A stretch of DNA of 43,801 nucleotides from Gammaproteobacteria bacterium (GTDB lineage Bacteria; Pseudomonadota; Gammaproteobacteria; Pseudomonadales; Litorivicinaceae). The position numbers and the translations under genes were made by a program. The stretch is taken from positions 1-43,801 of the forward strand of contig JAYNIS010000001.1 in NCBI GenBank assembly GCA_038109325.1. The letters are read 5' to 3'. The notes beneath the pieces were generated by a model that made no database searches, had not been told where the DNA came from, and was given only the letters and a program-made list of their open reading frames with translations. This document shows positions 1 through 12,511 of this stretch, piece by piece (the first letter of the stretch is position 1; every line of letters begins with the position of its first letter).

Positions 1-62
1 CGGCGATCGTTCTTGAAGAATTGATCGGTAAGTTCTTGCTGAATATGAGTAGTGACAAATGA
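1..62 (+). CDS. mlaD: 3' end of MlaD (outer-membrane lipid asymmetry MCE protein), truncated by window start
   Basis: Frame from position 3 reads AIVLEELIGKFLLNMSSDK*, matching the MlaD C-terminal LEDLIGKFL motif; its stop overlaps the mlaC start (ATGA). Confidence 0.8.
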   Translation, partial: AIVLEELIGKFLLNMSSDK

Positions 63-667
63 AAACATGGTTAGTGGGTTGTGTAGGCCTATTACTGTCA
101 ATCAGTGTCTTTGCAGATAGCGATCCAAAAGCGGTTGTGGAGCCTCTCAAAATCGCACGCGATACGTTTTATCAAGATGTCTCGAAGTTTCAGGATGGAA
201 AACTGACGGAAGAAGAGCTCGTCGCCCGGATCTCTGAGCAGTTCGCCCCGTTAATTAACGATCGGACTGTCGCTCTTCGGGTAATGGGTCGGTTTGCTCG
301 TCAGGCGACTGAGGCGGAGCGTGATCGGTTCACTGGTCGATTGGAATCGAGCCTTGTTGACGCCTATGCTCGTGGCCTTGCGGCCTATGGTGGAGAGCAG
401 ATTGTTTTGCCTGAAGAAGGTGTGATCTTGAAGCCGGGGCGCGCGATGGTGGAGGCACGTTTAGAAAGCCCAGGTCGCGAGGCGTTACCGATCCAATTCG
501 CGCTTGGTTTTGAGAGGGATAAAGGCTGGATGGTTGAGAATGTGGTCATTGCCGGCATCAATTTGGGACTGACGTTACGTAATCAGTTTGCTGATCTGGT
601 GAAATCGACAGGCAGCGTATCGGGAGCAATCGACTCCTGGTCATTTGAGTCAGTGAGCGCAAACTAG
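59..667 (+). CDS. mlaC: MlaC/Ttg2D periplasmic phospholipid-binding protein
   Basis: Signal peptide; WxVxNVVIAGINLGLTLRNQF C-terminal motif; lies between mlaD and a STAS gene. Confidence 0.9.
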   Translation: MKTWLVGCVGLLLSISVFADSDPKAVVEPLKIARDTFYQDVSKFQDGKLTEEELVARISEQFAPLINDRTVALRVMGRFARQATEAERDRFTGRLESSLVDAYARGLAAYGGEQIVLPEEGVILKPGRAMVEARLESPGREALPIQFALGFERDKGWMVENVVIAGINLGLTLRNQFADLVKSTGSVSGAIDSWSFESVSAN

Positions 668-669
668 CC

Positions 670-931
670 GTGGTTACAGTTGATGCAGCAGCCTATCAAC
701 AATCGTGGTCTGAGCTAAAGTCGCTTGGCGTCGATGCAATAAAACGCGGTGAGACGATTATTGATGTTAGTGAGTGGGAGCAGGCGTCGAGTGCGCATTT
801 GGCGGTCATGGTCTATTGGTGGAGGTCAGCACGCGCGATGAATCGGTCACTCACGGTGACAGGGATGAACCCCACTTTTAAGACGCTTGCCGAACTTGGC
901 GGCGTCATGTGTATTGAGACAGGAGAATCAG

Positions 932-945
<14 letters not shown>
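670..945 (+). CDS. mlaB: STAS-domain protein MlaB
   Basis: 91 aa; IDVS..ASSAHLAVMVYW STAS-like pattern; follows mlaC; GTG start. Confidence 0.75.
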
Positions 946-3081
<2,136 letters not shown>

Positions 3082-3092
<11 letters not shown>

Positions 3093-4389
3093 GCCTGTCT
3101 CGCTAACAACACGTGATGGCACGTTCGAAGAACGTTTAAAAGAACTCACAGCTTGGGAATCAGTGAGTGATCTGAGTCGCCAGACGCGTGTTGCTGAAAT
3201 TATTCAAGCGGTCCGATCAGAGGGCGATAAAGCGCTTGTGAGTTTGACGCGCGAGTTAGATCAAAATCCAATAAAGTCAGCGTCAGACCTCGTTTTGGCC
3301 GAAACAGACCTAGAGGCCGCTTTTCATGGTCTATCGGATGATCTGAAAGCCGCTCTAACGACTGCGCGGGATCGTGTTTGGGCTTTTCATGAAGCGCAAA
3401 AGGAGTCGAGTTGGCGTCTACCTGATCAAGGCGATGGAATCATCCTTGGTCAGGAAGTCAGGCCAATGAGTCGGGTCGGACTGTATGTACCAGGTGGTAA
3501 GGCGACCTATCCGTCATCTGTGTTGATGAACGCAATTCCCGCGAAAGTCGCTGGTGTATCCATGGTGCAAATGGTCGTTCCAGCACCAAAAGGTGAGCTG
3601 AATCCAGTGGTTTTAGCTGCAGCCTATCTTGCAAAGGTTGATCGGGTTGTGACTGTCGGTGGAGCGCAAGCGATCGCAGCTTTAGCTTATGGAACCGAAA
3701 GTGTTTTATCGGTTGATAAAATTGTCGGCCCCGGAAATGCATGGGTCGCGACCGCGAAGCGACAAGTTTTCGGCAAAGTGGGTATTGATATGATCGCAGG
3801 ACCGTCTGAGATCCTCGTGTATGTTGAGCCACCAATGGATCCAGATTGGGTCGCCATGGATCTCTTCAGCCAAGCAGAGCATGACGAAGATGCGCAGCCG
3901 ATTCTCGTGCATTGTGACTCCTCTTTTGCGAGTGCCGTTTTGGATTCGATGAATCGTTTATTACCGACACTCGAGCGTGCATCGATTATCGAGCAGTCGA
4001 TCAATAACCGCTGTATATTTATTGAGGCAGCGGATCGTGCCGATGCGCTTGCCGTGATTAACCGCGTGGCGCCAGAGCACTTGGAGTTGTGCGTCGATGA
4101 TCCGGAATCCATGTTGTCGGAAATTCAGCATGCGGGCGCCATATTCATGGGTCGCCACACACCTGAAGCATTGGGTGATTACTGTGCCGGACCAAACCAT
4201 GTGTTGCCGACGTCAGGGACTGCGCGGTTTGCATCTCCTCTGGGTGTCTATGACTTCATCAAGCGTTCATCGGTGATCCATTGCACCGCGGAAGGTTCTA
4301 AGACGATCGCAGGCGTCGCGTCGACTCTAGCTCACTCTGAAAGCCTGACAGCGCACGCTCGCTCAGCAGAGTATCGTCGTGACGCGTGA
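3082..4389 (+). CDS. hisD: Histidinol dehydrogenase
   Basis: [38 protein letters not shown] and [13 protein letters not shown] motifs. Confidence 0.98.
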
Positions 4390-5461
4390 GGAGCTGATTC
4401 AAGCATTGATCCCTGATCGGGTGCGTCAAGGTGCTGCCTATCAGGTACCTGGTGCAACCGGTATGATTAAGCTCGATGCGATGGAGAACCCATACACTTG
4501 GCCTCAATCTTTGCGCGATAAGCTTGTACAGCGGTTGGTCGACTGCACATTAAACCGGTATCCGGATCCCCATGCAGAAGCGGTTCGAGCTCCTCTGAGG
4601 CAGTGGATGCAAATCCCGGAAACGCTCGATTTGTTATTTGGTAATGGCTCAGATGAGATCATTGCACTGTTGATATCCAATCTCATCGATACGGGGCGCA
4701 GTGTGTGTGCTCCTGATCCGAGCTTTGTGATGTTTCAGGTGCTTGCTAATCAGTACAGAGTTCCGTTCCGAGCTCTACCGCTTGATTCTAATTTCGACAT
4801 TGATATTGATGGATGGATAGATGGCCTGATGGAGGCTGATCCTGCGCTTATTTTTATTCCGCAACCGAATAACCCAACTGGAAACTTATTCTCGAAAGAT
4901 CGGCTCGCGCAGATCGTCGAATCGACACAGGCGTTGATCGTTATCGATGAAGCCTATACCGCATTTACTGATGCCGATTATCTACATTGGGCAGTGGATT
5001 ACCCTAACGTGGTTGTTATGCGAACATTGTCCAAGGTGGGGTTGGCGGGTAGTCGATTTGGGATGTTGATTGGACATCCGGGTTGGATTGCTGAGTTCGA
5101 TAAAATCAGGTTGCCATACAACATCAATGTACTGTCACAAACGGCTGTCCAGTTTGCGCTTGAGCACGTATCAATCCTCGAAGAACAAAGTGGGTTGATT
5201 CGACAAGAACGTGTGCGATTGTCAACGCTTCTAGCCCAGCGTGGCTACACGGTTTGGCCATCTGAAGCGAATTTTGTCGTCATGGATTGTGGAGACCAGT
5301 CTGCGAGAATGCTTTTTGAGGGGCTTAAGCAGCATCACATCCTTGTGAAGTGCTTAGATGGATCTCACCCACGGCTTTGCAATACGTTGCGCCTGACAGT
5401 GGGTGCTCCGGAAGAGTCTGATGCGCTACTAGGCGTCCTCGATCGGCTAGTTAGCGGCTGA
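4379..5461 (+). CDS. hisC: Histidinol-phosphate aminotransferase
   Basis: KLDAMENP, NRYPDP, GNGSDE, PNNPTG, DEAY and RTLSK (PLP Lys) motifs. Confidence 0.96.
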   Translation: MTREELIQALIPDRVRQGAAYQVPGATGMIKLDAMENPYTWPQSLRDKLVQRLVDCTLNRYPDPHAEAVRAPLRQWMQIPETLDLLFGNGSDEIIALLISNLIDTGRSVCAPDPSFVMFQVLANQYRVPFRALPLDSNFDIDIDGWIDGLMEADPALIFIPQPNNPTGNLFSKDRLAQIVESTQALIVIDEAYTAFTDADYLHWAVDYPNVVVMRTLSKVGLAGSRFGMLIGHPGWIAEFDKIRLPYNINVLSQTAVQFALEHVSILEEQSGLIRQERVRLSTLLAQRGYTVWPSEANFVVMDCGDQSARMLFEGLKQHHILVKCLDGSHPRLCNTLRLTVGAPEESDALLGVLDRLVSG

Positions 5462-6598
5462 ATTGGGTCGTTGCCCAACCAGTATTACTCGCTCGATCGT
5501 TTGACCATCGCGTAATAGTTTCACCGGGATCTCAGTTCCAGGCTCGAAATCTGCAACCTGGTTCATCGCAGCACGACCATCTGTGATTTTTTGACCGTTC
5601 ATATGCGTCAGAATATCTCCCGGAAGAATGTCGGCGTTTGCTGCAGGGCCTCGGCGATATACGCCTGAAATCAAAACCCCCGCGTTTTTGCCGACACCAA
5701 AAGATCTCGCCAAATCGTCGGTCAGAGGTTGTGTCTCGACGCCAATCCAACCGCGGATCACCTGACCATGGTCAATCAGCTCTTGCATGATGTCAGTTGC
5801 GATCGATGCAGGAATCGCAAATCCAATCCCATTTGACCCGCCGCTTCGGGTGAAAATAGCAGTATTGATTCCGATCAGTTCACCGCGAACATTAATCAAA
5901 GCCCCACCTGAGTTACCTGGGTTAATCGCAGCATCTGTCTGAATAAAGTTTTCGTAGTTTGTCACCCCGACCTGATTACGACCAGTTGCACTCAAGATAC
6001 CCATAGTTACTGTCTGTCCAACGCCGAAGGGATTGCCAATTGCGAAAACCAGGTCCCCGACCCGACCCGGTGATGTTGTCAAAATAAGTTTCGGTAGATT
6101 ATTGAGCTCAATTTTTAGAACAGCGATATCGGTATCTGGATCTGTTCCGACAACTGAGGCTTGAGCAACCCGCCCATCTTTCAGTTCAACCACGATGTCA
6201 TCGGCTCCTGCGATCACATGATGGTTGGTTAGGATGTATCCGTTGCCTGATACGATCACCCCAGAACCAAGACTCGACTCCAAGCGCTTTCTGCGAGGCA
6301 CACTTGGTAAATTGAAGAAATTTCGGAACAAAGGATCGCGAGCGAGCGGATGTGCGCGAGTTTCAACAATGGTCGTTGTATAGATGTTGACGACAGCAGG
6401 TGCCGCTCGTTCAACAGCCGTAGCATAGCTGACAGGCCCCTCTGATGGGACTTGACTCGGCACTGTGCTGTTTTCAACGATATTCAATTCAACGCCGCTG
6501 GTTCGCCCGGTTATTTCAGGAAACTCCCGAATTACCAGAAGAGCAATCAAAATTCCGGTAATGACAGGCCAGAGAATTCGCGTAATTTGTTGTAGCAT
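5447..6598 (-). CDS. degS: HtrA-family serine protease with one PDZ domain (DegS/AlgW type)
   Basis: N-terminal membrane anchor; catalytic triad motifs TNHHV, DIAVL and INPGNSGG; single C-terminal PDZ. Confidence 0.88.
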   Translation of the reverse strand: MLQQITRILWPVITGILIALLVIREFPEITGRTSGVELNIVENSTVPSQVPSEGPVSYATAVERAAPAVVNIYTTTIVETRAHPLARDPLFRNFFNLPSVPRRKRLESSLGSGVIVSGNGYILTNHHVIAGADDIVVELKDGRVAQASVVGTDPDTDIAVLKIELNNLPKLILTTSPGRVGDLVFAIGNPFGVGQTVTMGILSATGRNQVGVTNYENFIQTDAAINPGNSGGALINVRGELIGINTAIFTRSGGSNGIGFAIPASIATDIMQELIDHGQVIRGWIGVETQPLTDDLARSFGVGKNAGVLISGVYRRGPAANADILPGDILTHMNGQKITDGRAAMNQVADFEPGTEIPVKLLRDGQTIERVILVGQRPNSAAN

Positions 6599-6622
6599 GA
6601 ATCGTCCTGAAAGAGAGGTTAT

Positions 6623-7381
6623 ATGACTAGTTTACACACACTGATCCAAACGCTCGATGATTGGATGCAAGCGGATTCATTTAAAGATTATGCGCCTAAT
6701 GGTTTGCAGGTTGAGGGAAGAGAGCGTATTCAGAAACTCGCTCTGGGCGTGACCGCTTCCGCGGATGTGATTGAACAGGCGGCCTTTTGGGGCGCCGATG
6801 CGCTACTGGTCCATCATGGGTACTTTTGGAAAAACGAATCACCGACGCTAACCGGTATGAAGGGTCGTCGCATTCGTGCGTTAGTTCAAAAGCAGATGTC
6901 GCTGATCGCCTACCACTTACCGCTCGATTGCCATCCTGAATTCGGAAATAACAAAACCCTTCTTGATCAGTTGGAACTGTCGGGTGGCATTCCAATTGAG
7001 GGCGAAGGAGGACTTTTGTGGTCGGTTCCTCTGGATGGGCAATTCACCCTCGATCAGTTGGCAACTCAAGTTGGGTCTCGTTTGGACCGGATTCCACTGG
7101 TTATCGAGTCTCCTCATGCACCTCCATCACTCAATCGATTGGTCGTCTGCACAGGTGGTGCTCAAGATTATTTATCGAAAGCACAACTGTACGGAGCGGA
7201 TGTATTTCTATCAGGAGAAATATCTGAGCGAACCACGCATGAGGCGCGCGAGCTCGGAGTGCATTACATCGCCGCCGGACACCACGCAACAGAGCGATAC
7301 GGAGTCCAAGCACTGGGCGCTAAAATTCAAAATGATTTGGCCCTTGAGGTCGCCTTCTTCGATGACCACAACCCGGCTTGA
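6623..7381 (+). CDS. Nif3-like dinuclear metal center protein (YbgI family)
   Basis: DYAPNGLQVEG, LVHHG, YHLPLD and AGHHATE motifs; AGAGG SD. Confidence 0.95.
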   Translation: MTSLHTLIQTLDDWMQADSFKDYAPNGLQVEGRERIQKLALGVTASADVIEQAAFWGADALLVHHGYFWKNESPTLTGMKGRRIRALVQKQMSLIAYHLPLDCHPEFGNNKTLLDQLELSGGIPIEGEGGLLWSVPLDGQFTLDQLATQVGSRLDRIPLVIESPHAPPSLNRLVVCTGGAQDYLSKAQLYGADVFLSGEISERTTHEARELGVHYIAAGHHATERYGVQALGAKIQNDLALEVAFFDDHNPA

Positions 7382-7726
7382 TTATTGAAGCTGTCCTCGG
7401 GCATCCGCATAGTCGCGCGGAGGCAGCATGGCATCCTGATCACTCGGTTCAGGTTGGGCCTCGATCGGCGCTATTTCACCCCGTAATTCTGCGGCAAGGG
7501 CCTCTTGGCGATTGGCGAGTTCGGTCAGTGCATTCTTGGTAGCGGTCAGGTGATTGTCGATATCATCCATCAGGGCTTGATGTTTTGCTTCGGCAAGCGT
7601 TTTTTCTCGCTCAAGGTCTGGTGGTGCGATGGTCACAGTTTTTGGTGGGCGTGAGAACCAACCAACTAAACCACCTGCAACAAAAGCGATGATAAGGGCT
7701 CCAAGGGCCAGTGCATTTAATTCCAC
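7382..7726 (-). CDS. zapG: ZapG/YhcB (DUF1043) membrane-anchored division/envelope protein
   Basis: GTG at 7726 after GGAG; N-terminal TM helix, coiled coil, C-terminal PPRDYA motif; divergent from the hydrolase-zapE unit. Confidence 0.8.
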   Translation of the reverse strand: MELNALALGALIIAFVAGGLVGWFSRPPKTVTIAPPDLEREKTLAEAKHQALMDDIDNHLTATKNALTELANRQEALAAELRGEIAPIEAQPEPSDQDAMLPPRDYADARGQLQ

Positions 7727-7748
7727 AGCGTTGTCTCCATTTTTCATT

Positions 7749-7788
7749 AGTGTACGGAGTTTGCGTTGTTTCGGCGAGCCGTTAGACT
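7749..7788. promoter_or_regulatory. Candidate overlapping divergent sigma-70 promoters for zapG and hydrolase-zapE
   Basis: Plus strand TTGCGT(7761)-16-TAGACT(7783); minus strand TCGCCG(7777)-17-TACACT(7754). Confidence 0.4.
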
Positions 7789-7808
7789 GCGTTTTCCTAA
7801 GGAGACCC

Positions 7809-8462
7809 ATGAACACGCCTGTTATCCATTTAATCGACGCCCCATCTGGTCGTATCGAAACAGCCTCATTATTGTGTGATCTTTCGCAGCCAATGCCGCG
7901 GCGGGCACTGTTGATTCTTCATCCGCATCCGCTTCATGGGGGAACGATGAGGAATAAAGTTGTTACAACGATTGCACGTGTCGCACGCGACGCGGGATTG
8001 CCGGCTGTTGCTTTTAATTTTCGCGGTGCAGGTCGTAGTGAGGGTGTTTGGGATCATGGTGAAGGTGAGTTGATGGATGCGTTCCATATTGCCTCACTCA
8101 TGATTCGTCGGGGCGTTTTCGAACTCTGTTTGGCTGGATTTTCGTTTGGCGGTTCGATCGCTGCGCGACTTATTAAGAAACTTCGGGATGAGAATGCGGC
8201 TGTTGATGTGATTGATTTAATCCAAGTTGCGCCTGCCGTAGAGAATTTTCCAATTGATCTTCAAGCGCTTGGCAATGTGCCGAGAACCGTGATTTATAAC
8301 GGAGATGATGAGGTTGTGAGCCCTAATGCGATTGGTGCGTACGCGAGTGCTGTGGGTGCCCAAGTCATGCGCTCTGAAACAGGGGGCCACTTTTTTCATG
8401 GTGAATTGACTCGCCTGAAACAAGCTGTTTCGACCCATTTCGTCGAGCGGGGCATTGTATGA
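7809..8462 (+). CDS. Alpha/beta fold hydrolase
   Basis: ATG 7809 after AAGGAG; HPHPLHGGTM, FNFRGAGRSEG, GFSFG nucleophile elbow, Asp in GDDEVV, His in GHFFHG. Confidence 0.92.
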   Translation: MNTPVIHLIDAPSGRIETASLLCDLSQPMPRRALLILHPHPLHGGTMRNKVVTTIARVARDAGLPAVAFNFRGAGRSEGVWDHGEGELMDAFHIASLMIRRGVFELCLAGFSFGGSIAARLIKKLRDENAAVDVIDLIQVAPAVENFPIDLQALGNVPRTVIYNGDDEVVSPNAIGAYASAVGAQVMRSETGGHFFHGELTRLKQAVSTHFVERGIV

Positions 8463-9562
8463 TGCGCACGCCTGCGGCACACGTCTACGACGGTCTCGTT
8501 GAAATCGGTCAGATCAGTCCTGACAGGAGTCAGCGTGCGGTCTTGGCCTTGCTCGATCAGTTGGCAGTCAAGCTTATATCTAGAAAGCATTGGAGTGGTG
8601 GTCGTAAGGGCTTGTTCAGACGCCAATCATGGGACCGGCCAGAGCAAGGTTTGTATATTTGGGGTGGAGTTGGTCGCGGTAAAACGTTTTTGATGGATTT
8701 GTTTGTGGATTCGCTTCCACAAGGAACCGCGATTCGGTTGCACTTTCATCGCTTTATGAATCAAGTGCATGAACGTTTAACCGCTTTACAAGGGACTGAA
8801 AATCCCCTTGATGTGATTGCAGATGAGCTGGCCCGTAAGGCGAAAGTACTTTGCTTTGATGAGTGCTTTGTATCGGACATCACGGATGCGATGGTGTTGG
8901 GTACGCTGTTTGATGCGCTATTTAAGCGCGGTGTGTCACTCGTAACGACCAGTAATGTTGTGCCGGATGATTTGTATAAAGATGGTTTGCAGCGGGATCG
9001 CTTTTTACCAGCGATTGCGCTGATTCAGAAGCACTGCCGAGTCTACAATTTGGATTCAGGAACCGATTATCGCTTAAGAACGCTTGAGCACGCGAAACTG
9101 TATTATGTACCATGCGATAGCGTTGCCATTGACGCGATTTGGGAGTCAGTTCTCGCTCTGGCGCCTGAGGCAACAAAAAGTGAAGGCGCATTTATCGAGA
9201 TCAATCGGCGTCAGCTCCCAGTGCGTTTTGTTGCTGAGGATGTGGTGTGGTTTGATTTCGATGTCATTTGTGGTCGGGGTCGTGCGGCTCCTGACTATAT
9301 TGAAGTGGCGAAAATCTATCATACGGTGGTGGTTACCGGACTTCCTAATCCGGCGATTGCTGGAGATGACTCGATGCGGCGCTTTTTGCACCTGATCGAT
9401 GAATTTTATGATCGATCTGTCAATTTGATTTTGGGCGCTGATGTGACGATGGACGCACTCTACCGCACGGGGCGCCTTGCGTTTGAGATGGATCGATGTC
9501 GGTCACGTTTACTTGAGATGCAATCTGTCGAATATTTAGAGCGTCCGCATCGCCCAGATTGA
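8459..9562 (+). CDS. zapE: Cell division ATPase ZapE (AFG1 family)
   Basis: Walker A GGVGRGKT, HFHRFM, Walker B LCFDE, TTSN, RRFLHLIDEFYD and SRLLEMQS motifs. Confidence 0.95.
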   Translation: MMRTPAAHVYDGLVEIGQISPDRSQRAVLALLDQLAVKLISRKHWSGGRKGLFRRQSWDRPEQGLYIWGGVGRGKTFLMDLFVDSLPQGTAIRLHFHRFMNQVHERLTALQGTENPLDVIADELARKAKVLCFDECFVSDITDAMVLGTLFDALFKRGVSLVTTSNVVPDDLYKDGLQRDRFLPAIALIQKHCRVYNLDSGTDYRLRTLEHAKLYYVPCDSVAIDAIWESVLALAPEATKSEGAFIEINRRQLPVRFVAEDVVWFDFDVICGRGRAAPDYIEVAKIYHTVVVTGLPNPAIAGDDSMRRFLHLIDEFYDRSVNLILGADVTMDALYRTGRLAFEMDRCRSRLLEMQSVEYLERPHRPD

Positions 9563-9572
9563 TAAAAGAGAG

Positions 9573-9608
9573 TTGCGCAAAGCTCCTTCCATCTCTATAA
9601 TCCGCGCC
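9573..9608 (+). promoter_or_regulatory. Sigma-70 promoter of rplM-rpsI with GC-rich discriminator
   Basis: TTGCGC(9573)-17 bp-TATAAT(9596) followed by CCGCGCC, typical of stringently controlled ribosomal protein promoters. Confidence 0.8.
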
Positions 9609-9647
9609 TCTTTGAATTTTGAACGCCGCTGAAGGCAGAAGACAAAC

Positions 9648-10079
9648 ATGAAGACGATTAGCGCTAAAGCAGAAACCGTACAGCGTAGCTGGTATGTGAT
9701 CGACGCCGAAGGACAGACACTCGGCCGTCTCGCAACCGAAGTTGCTCGTCGCCTGCGCGGTAAGCACAAAACAGAATACACTCCACACGTTGACACGGGC
9801 GATTACATCGTCGTTGTGAATGCGGAGAAAGTGAAGGTCACAGGTCGTAAAGCATCGGACAAGATGTACTACCGCCACACAGGTCATCCAGGCGGTCTGA
9901 AAGAAGCGAACTTCACACAAATGATCGAACGTTCACCAGAGAAAGTGATTGAGCTCGCTGTGAAAGGCATGCTGCCACGCAACCCTCTTGGACGTGCAAT
10001 GTACCGGAAGCTTAAAGTATATGCGGGTCAAGAGCACCCTCATGACGCTCAGCAACCTGAAACTCTGACTCTGTCATAG
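9648..10079 (+). CDS. rplM: 50S ribosomal protein L13
   Basis: [30 protein letters not shown] and AVKGMLP motifs. Confidence 0.99.
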   Translation: MKTISAKAETVQRSWYVIDAEGQTLGRLATEVARRLRGKHKTEYTPHVDTGDYIVVVNAEKVKVTGRKASDKMYYRHTGHPGGLKEANFTQMIERSPEKVIELAVKGMLPRNPLGRAMYRKLKVYAGQEHPHDAQQPETLTLS

Positions 10080-10087
10080 GACAAGAC

Positions 10088-10480
10088 ATGGCGACTACAC
10101 AGAATTACGGAACAGGCCGCAGAAAAACGTCCACAGCGCGTGTGTTTTTGCGCCCAGGCTCTGGCCAAATCACAATCAACGGGAAAACGCTTGACGATTA
10201 TTTTGGCCGTCAAACATCGCGCATGGTTGTTCGTCAGCCACTCGAATTGGTTGAGATGGTTGAGAAGTTTGATGTTGTGATCACTGTCGAAGGTGGTGGT
10301 GCATCTGGTCAAGCTGGTGCTATCCGCCACGGTATTACTCGCGCTTTGGTTGAGTATGATGAAAATCTGAAAGGTGATCTTCGCCGTGCGGGTTACGTCA
10401 CTCGTGACGCACGTGAAGTCGAGCGTAAGAAAGTCGGTCTTCGCAAAGCGCGTAAGCGTCCTCAGTACTCCAAGCGCTAA
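10088..10480 (+). CDS. rpsI: 30S ribosomal protein S9
   Basis: [21 protein letters not shown] and [19 protein letters not shown] motifs. Confidence 0.99.
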   Translation: MATTQNYGTGRRKTSTARVFLRPGSGQITINGKTLDDYFGRQTSRMVVRQPLELVEMVEKFDVVITVEGGGASGQAGAIRHGITRALVEYDENLKGDLRRAGYVTRDAREVERKKVGLRKARKRPQYSKR

Positions 10481-10499
10481 TTCGGTGCTGATTATTAAG

Positions 10500-10524
10500 A
10501 AAACCCGCCCTTGCGGGTTTTTTT
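10500..10524 (+). terminator. Rho-independent terminator after rpsI
   Basis: AAAACCCGC-CCTT-GCGGG-TTTTTTT. Confidence 0.9.
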
Positions 10525-10569
10525 GTGCCATAAAGACAAGAAGTTTTAGATCGAAAGGCCATAACTCGC

Positions 10570-10598
10570 TTGCTTGAGGCGTCTTCAGTCTCTAAAAT
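10570..10598 (+). promoter_or_regulatory. Candidate sigma-70 promoter of petABC
   Basis: TTGCTT(10570)-17 bp-TAAAAT(10593), about 45 bp upstream of the petA ATG. Confidence 0.55.
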
Positions 10599-10643
10599 GT
10601 TCCGAGCAAAATTACCCCCCAACAACGATCTGAAGGACACATC

Positions 10644-11258
10644 ATGACTGATGCAGTCGTAACCGAAGTAATGCAGTCCGCTGACACTTCGCGTCGTAAA
10701 TTTTTAGTTGGTGCCACAACGGCACTGGGTACGGTCGGTGCCGTCGGTATCGCTACACCGTTTGTTTCTTCATGGAACCCAAGCGCGAAGGCCAAGGCGG
10801 CTGGTGCACCGGTCAAGGTCGATATTTCAAAGATCCTCCCGGGGGAGCAGATTCGCGCTGAGTGGCGGGGCAAGCCAGTTTTTGTGCTCCGTCGTACTAC
10901 AGAAATGCTTGAGAGCCTAAAAGCTAATACAGACAGAGTCGCAGATCCGAAAAGTGAGAAGCCACAACAACCTCCATATGCTACCAACGAAGCTCGCTCT
11001 ATTAATCCCGAGATTGCTGTGCTGGTTGGGATTTGTACACATTTAGGATGTTCACCACAATTTCGACCCGAAGTAGGCGCTGCTGATCTCGGCGATGATT
11101 GGTTGGGAGGATATTTCTGTCCGTGTCACGGGTCATCATTCGATTTAGCTGGACGCGTCTACAAGGCGGTCCCTGCGCCAACAAACTTAGTTGTACCGCC
11201 GCATTCTTACGAGAGCGATAACGTTCTTGTTATTGGTGTTGATGAGGAGAATGCATAA
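10644..11258 (+). CDS. petA: Ubiquinol-cytochrome c reductase Rieske iron-sulfur subunit
   Basis: Tat-type SRRKFL; Rieske boxes CTHLGC and CPCHGS. Confidence 0.98.
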   Translation: MTDAVVTEVMQSADTSRRKFLVGATTALGTVGAVGIATPFVSSWNPSAKAKAAGAPVKVDISKILPGEQIRAEWRGKPVFVLRRTTEMLESLKANTDRVADPKSEKPQQPPYATNEARSINPEIAVLVGICTHLGCSPQFRPEVGAADLGDDWLGGYFCPCHGSSFDLAGRVYKAVPAPTNLVVPPHSYESDNVLVIGVDEENA

Positions 11259-12511
11259 TGGGTTTGCGTAAAACTGATGCGACAGGATTAGTTGGTTGGA
11301 TTGATCAGCGCCTGTCGATCATGGATGCGTGGAACAACCACCTCGCGCAATACTGGACACCAAAAAACTTTAACGTCTGGTACTTTTTTGGATCACTTGC
11401 TCTCATAGTGCTCGTTAACCAAATCCTGACGGGTATCTGGCTCACGATGAGCTATGAGCCAAGTGCTGAAGGTGCGTTTGCATCTGTTGAATACATCATG
11501 CGTGATGTAGAAATGGGTTGGTTGATCCGCTATATGCACTCGACTGGAGCGTCAGCCTTCTTCGTTGTTGTGTATCTCCACATGCTCAGAGGGATCATGT
11601 ATGGCTCCTATCAGAAGCCACGTGAATTGATCTGGATCTTTGGCATGACTATCTATCTGTTGCTGATGGCCGAAGCGTTCATGGGTTACTTGCTACCTTG
11701 GGGGCAAATGTCATACTGGGGCGCTCAGGTGATTGTGTCTCTGTTCTCAGCGATTCCTGTGATCGGTGCGGATTTGGCCCAGTGGGTTCGTGGCGACTAC
11801 CTGATCAGTGGTATCACGCTAAACCGCTTCTTTGCGTTGCATGTCATTGCGTTGCCATTGGTGATTGCAGGACTTGTTGTATTGCACATCCTCGCGCTGC
11901 ACGAGGTTGGTTCGAATAACCCAGACGGTATCGATATCAAAGATAACAAAGACGCCGACGGCAAGCCTCTCGACGGCATCGCGTTCCACCCGTACTATAC
12001 GGTGAAAGATTTAGCTGGTCTGGCTGTATTCCTGTTCGTTTTTGCTGTAGTGATATTTTTCTTTCCCGAGATGGGCGGTTACTTCCTTGAGTACGCGAAC
12101 TTTGAACCAGCGAACCCTCTGAAAACTCCTGAGCATATCGCGCCGGTTTGGTACTTCACGCCGTTCTACGCGATGCTTCGTGCAATTACGTTCCCAATGT
12201 TTGGTCTCGACGCTAAATTCTGGGGTGTGATGGTCATGGGTGCAGCGATTGCGATACTGTTTGTCTTGCCATGGCTTGATCGGAGTCCGGTGCGTTCGAT
12301 ACGGTATAAGGGTAACTTGTCGAAACTCATGCTGGCGTTGTTTGCAATTGCCTTCGTGATGCTGGGTATTTTAGGAGCCTTACCATCAACACCATTGCGT
12401 ACGGCATTGGCTCAGTTAGGTACGGCAGTCTACTTCCTATTCTTTATTGCAATGCCTTGGTATACCCGCTGGGAATCGACAAAGACCGTTCCAGAGAGGG
12501 TAACGAAATGA
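11258..12511 (+). CDS. petB: Cytochrome b of the bc1 complex
   Basis: RYMHSTGAS, LPWGQMSYWG, RFFALH and the Qo motif PVWY. Confidence 0.98.
   Translation: MGLRKTDATGLVGWIDQRLSIMDAWNNHLAQYWTPKNFNVWYFFGSLALIVLVNQILTGIWLTMSYEPSAEGAFASVEYIMRDVEMGWLIRYMHSTGASAFFVVVYLHMLRGIMYGSYQKPRELIWIFGMTIYLLLMAEAFMGYLLPWGQMSYWGAQVIVSLFSAIPVIGADLAQWVRGDYLISGITLNRFFALHVIALPLVIAGLVVLHILALHEVGSNNPDGIDIKDNKDADGKPLDGIAFHPYYTVKDLAGLAVFLFVFAVVIFFFPEMGGYFLEYANFEPANPLKTPEHIAPVWYFTPFYAMLRAITFPMFGLDAKFWGVMVMGAAIAILFVLPWLDRSPVRSIRYKGNLSKLMLALFAIAFVMLGILGALPSTPLRTALAQLGTAVYFLFFIAMPWYTRWESTKTVPERVTK

Noticed and set aside
12139-12156. Cytochrome b Qo motif PVWY instead of PEWY
   Set aside because: Known common variant in beta- and gammaproteobacteria
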